Assembly: GCA_947259985.1 (NCBI GenBank)
Contig: CAMYOJ010000006.1
Location: forward strand, 342-64,341
Source of the DNA: an uncultured Woeseiaceae bacterium
GTDB lineage: Bacteria > Pseudomonadota > Gammaproteobacteria > Steroidobacterales > Woeseiaceae
Direction: 5' to 3'
Length of the DNA stretch: 64,000 nt
Shown: positions 21,461 through 30,363 of the stretch, piece after piece
How positions within the stretch are numbered: position 1 is the first letter of the stretch
How the letters are laid out: each line of letters begins with the position of its first letter
Notes under the pieces: generated by a model
What the model was told of the DNA's origin: nothing
Database searches by the model: none
What the model saw: only the letters and a program-made list of their open reading frames with translations
Position numbers and translations under genes: made by a program

Positions 21461-21844
21461 GATGTTTCTCCTCGTTTCCTTACGTCTTCATAGCGAACAA
21501 CGGCTGTCCTCGACTTCGGTTGACAGGGACGCGAGGGAGATCGATGGTTATTGTCAAATTGCAGAAGGAGACCTGGCCTGGCTGGATATCGGTATCGACG
21601 ATGCAGTCCTTATGTCGGCACTCGCATTGCTGGCGCTTGTCGGGCTGACGGCTCCCGTAGCGACGGTCGGCAACCTGTTCGTCGTTGCAAGCGACAAGGT
21701 GCAGCGCATCGACGCTTCCGTCGCCGACACTGTGGCGGTGATTACGCAATGCGGAGTGGATGCCGCTCAACTTTATGGCGGCAGGGCGGAGTCCGGCGGC
21801 GACACTCTACAGGAAGCCACCGGACCCGCCAGGCAACCTGCGGA

Positions 21845-22177
21845 TCAGGTTTGATCGTCTGTGCTGGCTCCGGGCGCGCAGTTGGCGACACTCTTCATGC
21901 CGTTGTTGCAGCCGGATTCAGAAGCGTAGCTCTGGCTCGTGCCCACGACCTGGCCATTGGACGCGGTCAGGTTGAAGCGGAATTTGCCCGAAGCTGTCGT
22001 CTTCTTGACGAAGCGATCAGGATTCTGCGAGTTCTTCTTGACTGACTCAACGCCGTTCATGCAGCTGGTTTTCGAGCTATAGCCTTCGCCACTCAGGATA
22101 TTCTGGCCATTGGCCGCTTTCAGCCGAAAACGGAATTCGCCCGCCTTGTCCTTATACACTTCAAATTTACCTGGCAT
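21845..22177 (-). CDS. YegP family protein (tandem DUF1508)
   Basis: 110 aa with two DUF1508 repeats: FEVYKDKAGEFRFRLKAANGQNILSGEGYSSKTSCMNGVESVKKNS and KTTASGKFRFNLTASNGQVVGTSQSYASESGCNNGMKSV. Confidence 0.85.
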   Translation of the reverse strand: MPGKFEVYKDKAGEFRFRLKAANGQNILSGEGYSSKTSCMNGVESVKKNSQNPDRFVKKTTASGKFRFNLTASNGQVVGTSQSYASESGCNNGMKSVANCAPGASTDDQT

Positions 22178-22217
22178 TTCCTGTTCCTCCGATATTATTG
22201 CTCTTTAAGTGTTTGAT

Positions 22218-22418
22218 TTATTTGACGATGAACGTGATCTTCATCGTTACCCGATACGCTGAGACGGCGCCGTCGACGACGACGACCTTTTGCTCCTTGA
22301 CCCAGGCGCCTTCGATATTGTCCACGGTGTCGCTCATCTTGCGAACGCCCTTCTGGATGGCATCCTCGAAGCTCTTCGAAGAGGAAGCCGTGATTTCTGA
22401 TGTCTTTGCAACACTCAT
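22218..22418 (-). CDS. Dodecin-family (small flavin-binding) protein
   Basis: 66 aa. The pattern KTSEITASSSKSFEDAIQKGVRKMSDTVDNIEGAWVKEQKVVVVDGAVSAYRVTMKITFIV matches the bacterial dodecin fold pattern. It sits 40 nt upstream of yegP on the same strand, so an operon is likely. Confidence 0.7.
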   Translation of the reverse strand: MSVAKTSEITASSSKSFEDAIQKGVRKMSDTVDNIEGAWVKEQKVVVVDGAVSAYRVTMKITFIVK

Positions 22419-22624
22419 CGCTTTTCTCCTTGTTTCGGGAAGTCCTTATAGCACTAATTTTGCTATGGAACATGCTGTGACGATTGCCGGGATCTTTGCA
22501 CACACAGGCGACACAGATGATAGAATCGCCGCAAGCCGCCAGCAACCGAATTCAAATAATGCGTCGATCCTTACACGTTGCGCTTTGCAGCGGAGTCAGG
22601 GAAAAAACCTATGGAGTCAAACCT

Positions 22625-23884
22625 ATGAGAACTTTCACATGCGTTGTCGCAGCGACTTTTATCGCGTTTACAGGGACCGAAAACGCATTTGCCGATGCAG
22701 AGCCGGGACAGGGCTTCCTGTCCGTTATGGGTTCTTACATCGATGACGATGAGAACCGCAACGTCGAGGACGGCTTTCGCGGCGGACAACTCGGCATGGG
22801 CTACGCGCTCAACGAAAAGTGGAGCCTGGAGGGTTACATACAGGCGGCGGTCCTGGACGCAGAGGGCGGTATCGACCAGGATCACATGGGACTGGGCCTT
22901 GATGTGCAACGCGTATATCGCCGCGACGAAAAATTCAGCCCTTACCTCTTTGGTGGCGTGGGATTCCTGAAGATCAACCCGGCTGGGGCAAGGAGGGACA
23001 GCGAAGGTGCGATGGGTTCGCTCGGCGCAGGTTTCCTTCTCGACATCTTCGATTCGAACGTCTCTCTGCGTGGCGAGTGGCGATCCCGGTACGAAAAGGC
23101 GTCGGATGACAGCCAAACCGACGAACTGTGGAGCCTGGGCCTCCACATACCGTTTGGCGCGGCCTCGCCGAAGTTCGTTGACTCCGATGGCGATGGCGTT
23201 GCCGATGGCATCGATCGCTGCCCGAATACACCACCGGGGGCGTCGGTAGACTCCTACGGCTGTGAGCTCGACAGCGACGGTGACGGCGTCAAGGATTCCC
23301 GGGACAAGTGTCCTGGCACGCCGAGGGGCGTATCGGTCAACGCCGATGGTTGCCCGGTCGACAGTGACGGCGACGGCGTCACGGATGACATGGACAAGTG
23401 CCCGGGCACACCAGCTGGCGCCAAGGTAGACGCCGATGGTTGCGAGCTCGACAGCGACGGCGACGGCGTCGTCGACCGGCTCGACGAGTGTCCGAACACT
23501 GCGCCGGGCGTACAGGTCGACATCAGGGGTTGCGAAATCAAGGAGGAAATCAGCCTGCAGGGTGTCAATTTCGAGAGCAACTCGGATCGGCTGCTGCCAG
23601 GTGCCACGCGTGTACTCGATGATGCGGTTGCGACCCTGAAGAAGAATCCGACGATCAAGTTCGAGGTTGCGGGTCACACCGACAGCGACGGTGCCGCCGA
23701 CTACAACGAAGGCCTGTCAGCACGCCGTGCGAAGACCGTGCATGACTACCTGGCGGCCAATGGCATTGCCGGGAACCGGATGACGGTACGAGGCTACGGT
23801 GAGTCGCAGCCGATCGCAGATAATTCGAGCTCTGCGGGCAAGGCACAAAACCGGCGCGTCGTATTACGCATTACGGATCGCTAG
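22625..23884 (+). CDS. OmpA-family outer-membrane protein with four thrombospondin type-3 Ca-binding repeats
   Basis: The track ORF starts at 22484. I prefer the ATG at 22625 (GGAG lies 10 nt upstream), which gives the signal peptide MRTFTCVVAATFIAFTGTENAFA. There are four DSDGDGVxDxxDxCPxTPxGxxVDxxGC repeats. The C-terminal OmpA_C domain reads FESNSDRLLPG...GHTDSDGAADYNEGLSARRAKTV...NRRVVL. Confidence 0.85.
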   Translation: MRTFTCVVAATFIAFTGTENAFADAEPGQGFLSVMGSYIDDDENRNVEDGFRGGQLGMGYALNEKWSLEGYIQAAVLDAEGGIDQDHMGLGLDVQRVYRRDEKFSPYLFGGVGFLKINPAGARRDSEGAMGSLGAGFLLDIFDSNVSLRGEWRSRYEKASDDSQTDELWSLGLHIPFGAASPKFVDSDGDGVADGIDRCPNTPPGASVDSYGCELDSDGDGVKDSRDKCPGTPRGVSVNADGCPVDSDGDGVTDDMDKCPGTPAGAKVDADGCELDSDGDGVVDRLDECPNTAPGVQVDIRGCEIKEEISLQGVNFESNSDRLLPGATRVLDDAVATLKKNPTIKFEVAGHTDSDGAADYNEGLSARRAKTVHDYLAANGIAGNRMTVRGYGESQPIADNSSSAGKAQNRRVVLRITDR

Positions 23885-23922
23885 ATAAGGACCAATGCGG
23901 GCTACGGCCCGTTGAACAAAGG

Positions 23923-23954
23923 CGCGTACAGCTCCGGCTGTACGCGTTTTTTTT
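23923..23954 (+). terminator. Rho-independent terminator after the OmpA-family gene
   Basis: CGCGTACAGC-tccg-GCTGTACGCG, a 10-bp perfect stem, followed by TTTTTTTT. Confidence 0.8.
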
Positions 23955-23971
23955 CGGTATTCGCAGACGCT

Positions 23972-25906
23972 CTACTTGCGTACTTTGTCGATGTCGATCA
24001 CGGTCGAGCCGTGCTTGATACTCTGTGTGTCGACATAGCCATTGCTCCAGATCAACAGCTGATCGGCCGGCATGGGTCGCGCAATGAAGTATCCCTGCAC
24101 GACGTCGCAGCCCAGCCGTCGCAGGACTGCGTACTGCTGGTCGGTTTCGACTCCCTCGGCAACAACCTCCAGTCCCATTGCCTTGCCAAGCGCGATGATT
24201 GCTTCCACGACGCGCGTCGTCGTATCCGAGTCCGTTAGCTTGGCTATGAAGCTCTGGTCGATCTTCAGCGTCTGTACCGGCAGCTGCGCGAGATAGCTTA
24301 GCGATGAATAGCCGGTACCGAAGTCGTCGATGTGAATGCCGACGCCGTAAGCGGACAGGTCGTTAAGCACGGGCTGTGCGATCGTCAGGTCCTCGAGCAA
24401 GACAGTTTCCGTCAGCTCGAGATTGATGAGTTCCCTTCCTACCTGCGCCCTTTCCAGAATACCCCGGATCAGGCTCACAAGGTCGCGGTTTCGCAGCTGG
24501 TGCGCCGACAGGTTGACGCTGACCGGGACGTCCCAGTCGCCCTGCCGCCGCCAGGCCGCAACGTCGCTGACGACCTTGTTCATGATCGTCTCGAACAGCA
24601 CGTCCGAAATGCCCATCTCCTCGCTAAGCGGCACGAAGTCGGACGGAGGAACCAGTGTGCCGTCCGGTCGGATCCAGCGCGCCAGCGCCTCGATTCCCGT
24701 CAGATCGCCGCTTGTCGTGCTCTGCTGCGGCTGGTAATAGGGCGTTATCTGCCCGCTATCGATTGCGTATCGAAACTCTGCCTCGAGATCGAATTTGTGT
24801 CGTGCGCGGAAACGCATCTCGCTGTGATAGTAGGTAATCGCGTGATCGAGGCTGCGCATCGAGCGGTGCAGCGCGGCTTCGGCGCAGCGAAAAACGGATC
24901 TTGCATCGCGCCCGTGTACCGGGTGCCAGGCGACGCCGATGCTGGCTTTCAGGAACAGGTCCCGACCATTGATCAGGAAGGGCTCTTCCACGAGCTGCTT
25001 GACGTCTTCAGCCAGTTCGCTGATCCCGGAATCGGAATCAACACCGGGCATCAGGACGGCAAATTCGTCGGAACCGAAACGACCGACGATCGCCTTGTCG
25101 CTGCCTGTTTCTTCGCAGTATGTGCGGCTCAGGCGATTAGCGATCGAACGCAGTAACTCGGTGCCCGCATCGAAGCCCATCGTTTCGTTGATGAAGCTGA
25201 AGCGGTCAATGTCGAGCAGCACCGCAACGGTGTCGCCCTCTTCTTTCTCGGCCTTCTGGATGAATCCCTGCAGTTCTTCGAGCAGCAGCAGCTGGTTCGG
25301 CAGCCGCGTCACCGGATCGTAATAGGCCAGTTTGTGCAGTGCCGCAGTACGCGCTTCCACGCGTCTCTCCAGGTCTTCATTGGCGTGTCGTAATGCCGCG
25401 TCGGCGTGCCATTTGCCGCACAGGGCCGCCGCCAGCTGACGGCATTCGACAGCATGGAAAGGTTTCTTGAAAAAGAAGATCTTGTCGGCCGGCGGGATCT
25501 CCTTGCCGAGGTTGTCCGGATCCGCGCTGAGGGAGCCGGTGACGAGGACGATGTTGACATGCTCGTCGAGCGCACGAATCTGCTTCGCGGCCTCCAGGCC
25601 GTCCATGCCGGGCGGCATGCGGATGTCGAGGAACACGATGGCGAACGGTTCCCCTTTCAGCGTCGCGAGTTTCACCGCTTCGACCGCGGCCTCGCCCTGG
25701 TTGCGTGAGTGCACCTCGAACGACGCGGCGCCGCGTTCGTCGGTGTCCTCGCCGAACAGCACCTTCTCAAGGTCGCCCAGCGTCGTCGTCGCCACGTCCG
25801 GCTCGAAGTCTTCACCCAGGCAGCGCACGTACTCGTTGATCAGCATCGCATCATCGTCGACGACGAGCACACGATTGGAAATTTTCGGTTCGAGGTCAAA
25901 CATCAT
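23972..25906 (-). CDS. Response regulator with REC, GGDEF (GSDEF variant) and EAL domains
   Basis: 644 aa. The REC phosphoacceptor context is AIVFLDIRMPPGMDG. The GGDEF domain carries RFGSDEFAVLM. The EAL domain has EALARW, DDFGTGYSSL, KIDQSF, AEGVET and QGYFIARP. Confidence 0.85.
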   Translation of the reverse strand: MMFDLEPKISNRVLVVDDDAMLINEYVRCLGEDFEPDVATTTLGDLEKVLFGEDTDERGAASFEVHSRNQGEAAVEAVKLATLKGEPFAIVFLDIRMPPGMDGLEAAKQIRALDEHVNIVLVTGSLSADPDNLGKEIPPADKIFFFKKPFHAVECRQLAAALCGKWHADAALRHANEDLERRVEARTAALHKLAYYDPVTRLPNQLLLLEELQGFIQKAEKEEGDTVAVLLDIDRFSFINETMGFDAGTELLRSIANRLSRTYCEETGSDKAIVGRFGSDEFAVLMPGVDSDSGISELAEDVKQLVEEPFLINGRDLFLKASIGVAWHPVHGRDARSVFRCAEAALHRSMRSLDHAITYYHSEMRFRARHKFDLEAEFRYAIDSGQITPYYQPQQSTTSGDLTGIEALARWIRPDGTLVPPSDFVPLSEEMGISDVLFETIMNKVVSDVAAWRRQGDWDVPVSVNLSAHQLRNRDLVSLIRGILERAQVGRELINLELTETVLLEDLTIAQPVLNDLSAYGVGIHIDDFGTGYSSLSYLAQLPVQTLKIDQSFIAKLTDSDTTTRVVEAIIALGKAMGLEVVAEGVETDQQYAVLRRLGCDVVQGYFIARPMPADQLLIWSNGYVDTQSIKHGSTVIDIDKVRK

Positions 25907-25913
25907 TCTTCCA

Positions 25914-26408
25914 TTAGTGAGAGCGGACCATCGTCACCACGTCCTCTGCGAGCTGGCTAAACGAAAGTGGCTTGTTGAAATAGTGCAGCCGCATCGATGG
26001 CGGCACACGGCGGCGCAGTTCCTCGAGTGGAATGTCCGAGAACCCGGTGACGAATACGATCTCGACATCGGGATCCAGTTTGCGAATCCGACTCCCGGCC
26101 TCGACTCCGTCGATTCCTGGGGGCATGCGCACGTCGAGTATCACGACATCGAACGGCTTGCCCTGCTCCGTCGCCGTCTTTGCTTTCCTGATGGCTTCCT
26201 CGCCCTGGCTGCAAGCCACGATGTCGAACTTCGGTTCATCGACAATGTCCTGCCCGGGGTCAAACAGCTCCGCGGCGAGTTCATCGAGTACGCGCAGGCG
26301 ATTGGTTGGCTCGTCATCGCAAAAAGCCTCGCGATAACAATCGAGTACATGCTCGTCGTCATCGGCGACAAGCACGCGAATGTACTCCTGGCCTCTTAGC
26401 GTATACAC
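25914..26408 (-). CDS. Stand-alone receiver (CheY-like) response regulator
   Basis: 164 aa. VLVADDDEH ... FDVVILDVRMPPGIDG ... VFVTGF ... FNKPL. It is paralogous to the REC domain of the downstream gene and shares the same roughly 30-aa insertion. Confidence 0.8.
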   Translation of the reverse strand: MYTLRGQEYIRVLVADDDEHVLDCYREAFCDDEPTNRLRVLDELAAELFDPGQDIVDEPKFDIVACSQGEEAIRKAKTATEQGKPFDVVILDVRMPPGIDGVEAGSRIRKLDPDVEIVFVTGFSDIPLEELRRRVPPSMRLHYFNKPLSFSQLAEDVVTMVRSH

Positions 26409-26410
26409 GA

Positions 26411-28291
26411 TCAGCCTCCTCGTGCCGTCGGAAGCAGCACGTGAAATTCGGCCCCCTGCCCGAGGCCGCGACTTTCAGCGTGGATACGGCCACCCATGCC
26501 GGCCACGGCGTTGGCGCACCAGTGCAGCCCCAGACCGGTAGTGCAGCCCTCGTTCTTGGACGAAAATCCTCGCTGAAAAATTCTCTCGCCCATGTCACTG
26601 TTAAATCCGCTGCCGTTGTCACGAATCGTTACGCGCACCATCGGCGTCTCATCGACCACTTCGGGTGCCGCATCCACAACGATGCGCCCGTCCGTCTTCT
26701 TGCAGCGCTGGATCGACTCGTAAGCATTCAGCATCAGGTTTCCCATCACCTGTAGCAGGCCTATCCGATGCGCGCGAACGCGAACGTCGGACAAATGCCC
26801 GGACATCTGTACGTCGATATCACGCATGGCGCGCTTCGGTATGACATGCGATGCCTCGTCGAGCACATCGTCGACACCAATATTCTCGGTAACCGGCGCA
26901 ATGTTCGCGAAGCGCTCCTGGTCGGCGAGAATCCCCTCGATCTGACGTGCCTGCTTCGTGACGATCTTCAGATCATCGGCCGCCTCGGCGCCGACGCTCG
27001 CGATGTGATCGAATGACGCGCTGACGTATTGCAGGAACTTGTCGCGACGGTCGGGCGGACAGTCGGGATCAGCCAGGTGCTCGGTCGCCTCCTGGACGCG
27101 CAGTTTCCCGCTCACGTTGAACGCCTTCCTGAGCCGCTCGAGGCCGTTGATCATTGGCGTCATGGCGTTACGGATGTTGTGCAGCACTTCGGCCGCCGTA
27201 TCGGCCTTGCCGGCTTTGAACGACTGATCGAGCAGTGCCTGGCGCGCGTCGTGAACCTCATCAGTCAGGTCGTCGAATTGTCTCGCCAGCGCACCGATCT
27301 CGTCATCGCGGCGCGCGTCCAGACGGTGCGAGAGGTCGCCACTCTTGCGGATTTCGCCAATGTGCGCGGCCAGCCGCTCGATAGGCCGCAAGATCGTGCC
27401 GCGCAACATGAACCAGACAAAGCCCGTGACAAGCACGCCGGCAATTGCAAGAAACAACAGCGCTGCGTTGATCGTCCGGGCGCCAAGACTCGAAATATTG
27501 CGCGGCGTAGCCACATGGAGCGTGAGGAACGGCGAACCGTGGATGTCCGAGAGGACTTTGCTGCTCGAAATCACATCGCTCATTACAGCCTGGCTGACTG
27601 TGCCGACAGCCTGAATTGACGCCGCCGGTTCATCGCCGAAGCCCGTGAATTCCCACTGAATATCCACCTCGGTGCGATTCTCCAGCCTGGCGAGGCGCTC
27701 TGCATTCAGAAACTGTCCCATGATCAGCGCACCGGCGATCGGGCCCGAGTCGTCGGAACGCAAGATGGGACGGGAACTGATCATCATCGGCCCGAGCTTC
27801 GTGCTGATGAACCCGACCGTGCGACTCGAGGCGACAGGGTGTGTAGTCAACGCGCCGTAGGAAAGATGCCCGGAGTCGAGTATCCCGAGTTCGCGTGGAT
27901 CTCTCTCCACACCGTCAACGAGAACCTGGCCCCAGAGAAAGTCCCCTCTGAGGGGATATACGACCATGAAATCGAGCCCCAGGTTGCTCAGCGTCGGTCG
28001 ATCGAGATTGGACTTTTTGAAGCCCGGGTATTCCCCGAGCACGTAGTGGTAGATGTCGTCCCAGGGCGCCCAGTCTGCCGTGATCGCCTCGAGGTTCTCG
28101 ATGTCCGTCTTGATCGCCATTTCGGCCCGCGTCAGGTCGACCTCCGCGGCTGACTGTTCGAGGTCGTCGAATGCCGGCTCGATGACTGCATCCAGAATCG
28201 CGTAGCTCAGCGCGATGAACGTGCCAATCAGCACGGCCAGCGTCAGCGAGACCTTCGTCTGCAACGGCAATGAGCTTGGGCGATTTGACAT
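26411..28291 (-). CDS. Sensor histidine kinase with a large periplasmic (CHASE4-like) domain and a HAMP domain
   Basis: 626 aa. TM1 is near aa 12-34. The periplasmic region contains ITADWAPWDDIYHYV (CHASE4-like; assignment from memory). TM2 is ALLFLAIAGVLVTGFVWFML, followed by HAMP. The H-box is EVLHNIRNAM. The HATPase_c domain has DNGSGF and GLGLHWC. Confidence 0.75.
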   Translation of the reverse strand: MSNRPSSLPLQTKVSLTLAVLIGTFIALSYAILDAVIEPAFDDLEQSAAEVDLTRAEMAIKTDIENLEAITADWAPWDDIYHYVLGEYPGFKKSNLDRPTLSNLGLDFMVVYPLRGDFLWGQVLVDGVERDPRELGILDSGHLSYGALTTHPVASSRTVGFISTKLGPMMISSRPILRSDDSGPIAGALIMGQFLNAERLARLENRTEVDIQWEFTGFGDEPAASIQAVGTVSQAVMSDVISSSKVLSDIHGSPFLTLHVATPRNISSLGARTINAALLFLAIAGVLVTGFVWFMLRGTILRPIERLAAHIGEIRKSGDLSHRLDARRDDEIGALARQFDDLTDEVHDARQALLDQSFKAGKADTAAEVLHNIRNAMTPMINGLERLRKAFNVSGKLRVQEATEHLADPDCPPDRRDKFLQYVSASFDHIASVGAEAADDLKIVTKQARQIEGILADQERFANIAPVTENIGVDDVLDEASHVIPKRAMRDIDVQMSGHLSDVRVRAHRIGLLQVMGNLMLNAYESIQRCKKTDGRIVVDAAPEVVDETPMVRVTIRDNGSGFNSDMGERIFQRGFSSKNEGCTTGLGLHWCANAVAGMGGRIHAESRGLGQGAEFHVLLPTARGG

Positions 28292-28457
28292 AAAATGGGC
28301 GGTAATCCCGTATAAGGCCTACAGTCCTGCGCCCGAGTGTACGAATCCCGGAGAACGCCGGGCGTGACGCAGTGCACCATACCGCTAAGTCCTTGTCATA
28401 GCGGTAAAACTCCTCCTGAAAGGGCCTTCGGGCTGCCAGATTGCCAGCGTCCGGGAA

Positions 28458-29351
28458 ATGCAGGATCATGACGATGCGTTGAACGTCACGGGGGGAACGA
28501 TGATGACAGACGTAGAGCAGGCCCAAATCGACCGCGACGAACTGCCTTTTGTCGCGCCTTGCAGGACATTGTCTCCCTGGGCGCCGTTTCGCTGGCTCAG
28601 GCTCGGCGTGTCCGACCTCATGCGGGCACCGCAGCAGAGTCTCGCCTACGGGCTTGCCGTGGCACTCATGATCGGCGTCGTCTGCCTGCTCGCCTGGTTC
28701 CGCGGCAGCCAGTGGTTCATGTTCGCCATGCTGGGCGGATTCGTGTTCCTCGCGCCGCTGACCTGCATCGGCCTTTATGCCATCAGCGCCCAGCTCGAAC
28801 GCGGCCAGGAACCGCTCATGGCACGCAGCATCCGCGCCGCATTCAAGCGCCATTTTGGCAACGAGATGATATTCGCGCTGGCGCTGCTGGTTATCTTCCT
28901 CCTGTGGGCGCGGGCGGCCGTCATGGTTACCGTGTTCTTCCCCACCGAGGGCGATATCACGATCCGGGAGTGGATCAACTACCTCGGATTCGGTTCGATG
29001 ATCGGCGCCGTGTTTGCCGCCGTGACGTTTTCGGCCAGCGCGTTCTCGCTACCAATGATCATGCACCGCGACGTCGACAGCATTACGGCCATCGTGACAT
29101 CGATCAACGCCGTACTTCGCAACAAGTTCGCGATGTTCGTCTGGCTGACCCTCGTCGTCGTGCTGCTGGTGCTTGGCGTCGTTACGGCATTCACAGGACT
29201 CATCGCAATCGTGCCGATCATCGGCTACGCCGCCTGGCACGGTTACCTGGAGACCATAGACGCGGAGCAGTTTCCGCGCCACTCGGTGGGCATAACGTCT
29301 GTCCCTCGTCCCGAAGACAACGCTCAGGATACGAGTTCCAGTACCAGGTAG
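28458..29351 (+). CDS. DUF2189-family integral membrane protein
   Basis: 297 aa with several TM helices. The N-terminal PFRWLRLGVSDLMRAPQQSLAYGLAVALM segment is typical of DUF2189. The start is uncertain (ATGs at 28458, 28500 and 28503). The 3' end overlaps the glk 3' end by 28 nt. Confidence 0.6.
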   Translation: MQDHDDALNVTGGTMMTDVEQAQIDRDELPFVAPCRTLSPWAPFRWLRLGVSDLMRAPQQSLAYGLAVALMIGVVCLLAWFRGSQWFMFAMLGGFVFLAPLTCIGLYAISAQLERGQEPLMARSIRAAFKRHFGNEMIFALALLVIFLLWARAAVMVTVFFPTEGDITIREWINYLGFGSMIGAVFAAVTFSASAFSLPMIMHRDVDSITAIVTSINAVLRNKFAMFVWLTLVVVLLVLGVVTAFTGLIAIVPIIGYAAWHGYLETIDAEQFPRHSVGITSVPRPEDNAQDTSSSTR

Positions 29352-30292
29352 GCCGAGCCAAGCAGGCCGGGTTGTTCATGCGTGATCAGCCGCGTCGGTA
29401 TGCGCTCCAGTGCCGGCCGATAGCGTCCTTTGCTCTCGAATGCAGCGCGAAAGCGGCTTTTCTCGAGTACGTCCGGATAACGCTTGGCGATGCCGCCGGC
29501 AATATACACCCCGTCCAATGCGCCGAGGGTCAGCGCGAGGTCGCCCGCGACCTGGCCCAGCATTTCGAAAAACAGGTCGACTGTCTCCGCCGCGACGCTG
29601 TTGCTCCCGGACTGCGAAAAGATCTCGGCGGCGGTGAGCGGCGTAACCGACTTGCCACGTATGAGGGCGAGCGCCTCGTAAACATCGGGCAAGCCTGATC
29701 CGGCGACAAGCCGTTCCGTGGACACCCTGTCGAATTTCCCGCGCAGGGCTTTGAGAAGCTCGATTTGCAGCCCGGTCTCGGGCGCGAAACCGACGTGCCC
29801 GCCTTCGCCGGTCACGGGAACCAGCATATTTCCATGCCGGCGCAGGCCCGCAATTCCAAGCCCGGTGCCAGGGCCGAGAATGGCAACGTTGAAGTCGCCT
29901 TGCGGCAACCGGAAATCCTCATGAGGCCCGATCGCCACACTGTCACTCTCGGCCAGGAAAGGAATCGAATACGCGATCGCGCCGAAGTCATTGAGCAGGC
30001 GAACGGCCGACGTCCCGAAGCTCGCAGTAATATCCGCAACCGATATTTCCCAGTGGTTGTTGGTCATGTTCACAGCGTCGTCGATGACAGGGCCGGCCGC
30101 GGCAAGGCAGACCGCGTCGGGCTCGCGTGCGCCCGTCTCGTCGAGATAATGCCGTATCGCATCATCCGCCGTCGGAAATTGCTCGACCTGCAATTCAAGC
30201 AAGCTGTGGAAGCCCGGCACGTCGGTTGCGGCCTGCGCGAAGCGCGCGTTAGTGCCACCTATGTCGCCGACCAACAGGCATTTGTCTTTCAT
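29324..30292 (-). CDS. glk: Glucokinase
   Basis: 322 aa with the N-terminal ATP motif LLVGDIGGTNARFA. Last gene of the zwf-pgl-edd-glk string. Confidence 0.9.
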   Translation of the reverse strand: MKDKCLLVGDIGGTNARFAQAATDVPGFHSLLELQVEQFPTADDAIRHYLDETGAREPDAVCLAAAGPVIDDAVNMTNNHWEISVADITASFGTSAVRLLNDFGAIAYSIPFLAESDSVAIGPHEDFRLPQGDFNVAILGPGTGLGIAGLRRHGNMLVPVTGEGGHVGFAPETGLQIELLKALRGKFDRVSTERLVAGSGLPDVYEALALIRGKSVTPLTAAEIFSQSGSNSVAAETVDLFFEMLGQVAGDLALTLGALDGVYIAGGIAKRYPDVLEKSRFRAAFESKGRYRPALERIPTRLITHEQPGLLGSAYLVLELVS

Positions 30293-30363
30293 TTACGGCC
30301 GAGCCTCTACGTGCTTCGCGATGCCGTTATGCTCTCACAGGCCGGGTCGTTGCGCATCCGATC

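Noticed and set aside
22494-22530. Possible sigma-70 promoter (TTGCAC ... TGATAGAAT) upstream of the OmpA-family gene
   Set aside because: The -35/-10 spacing is 19 nt and the -35 at the correct spacing is poor. Only the extended -10 looks convincing, which is not enough to call a feature.
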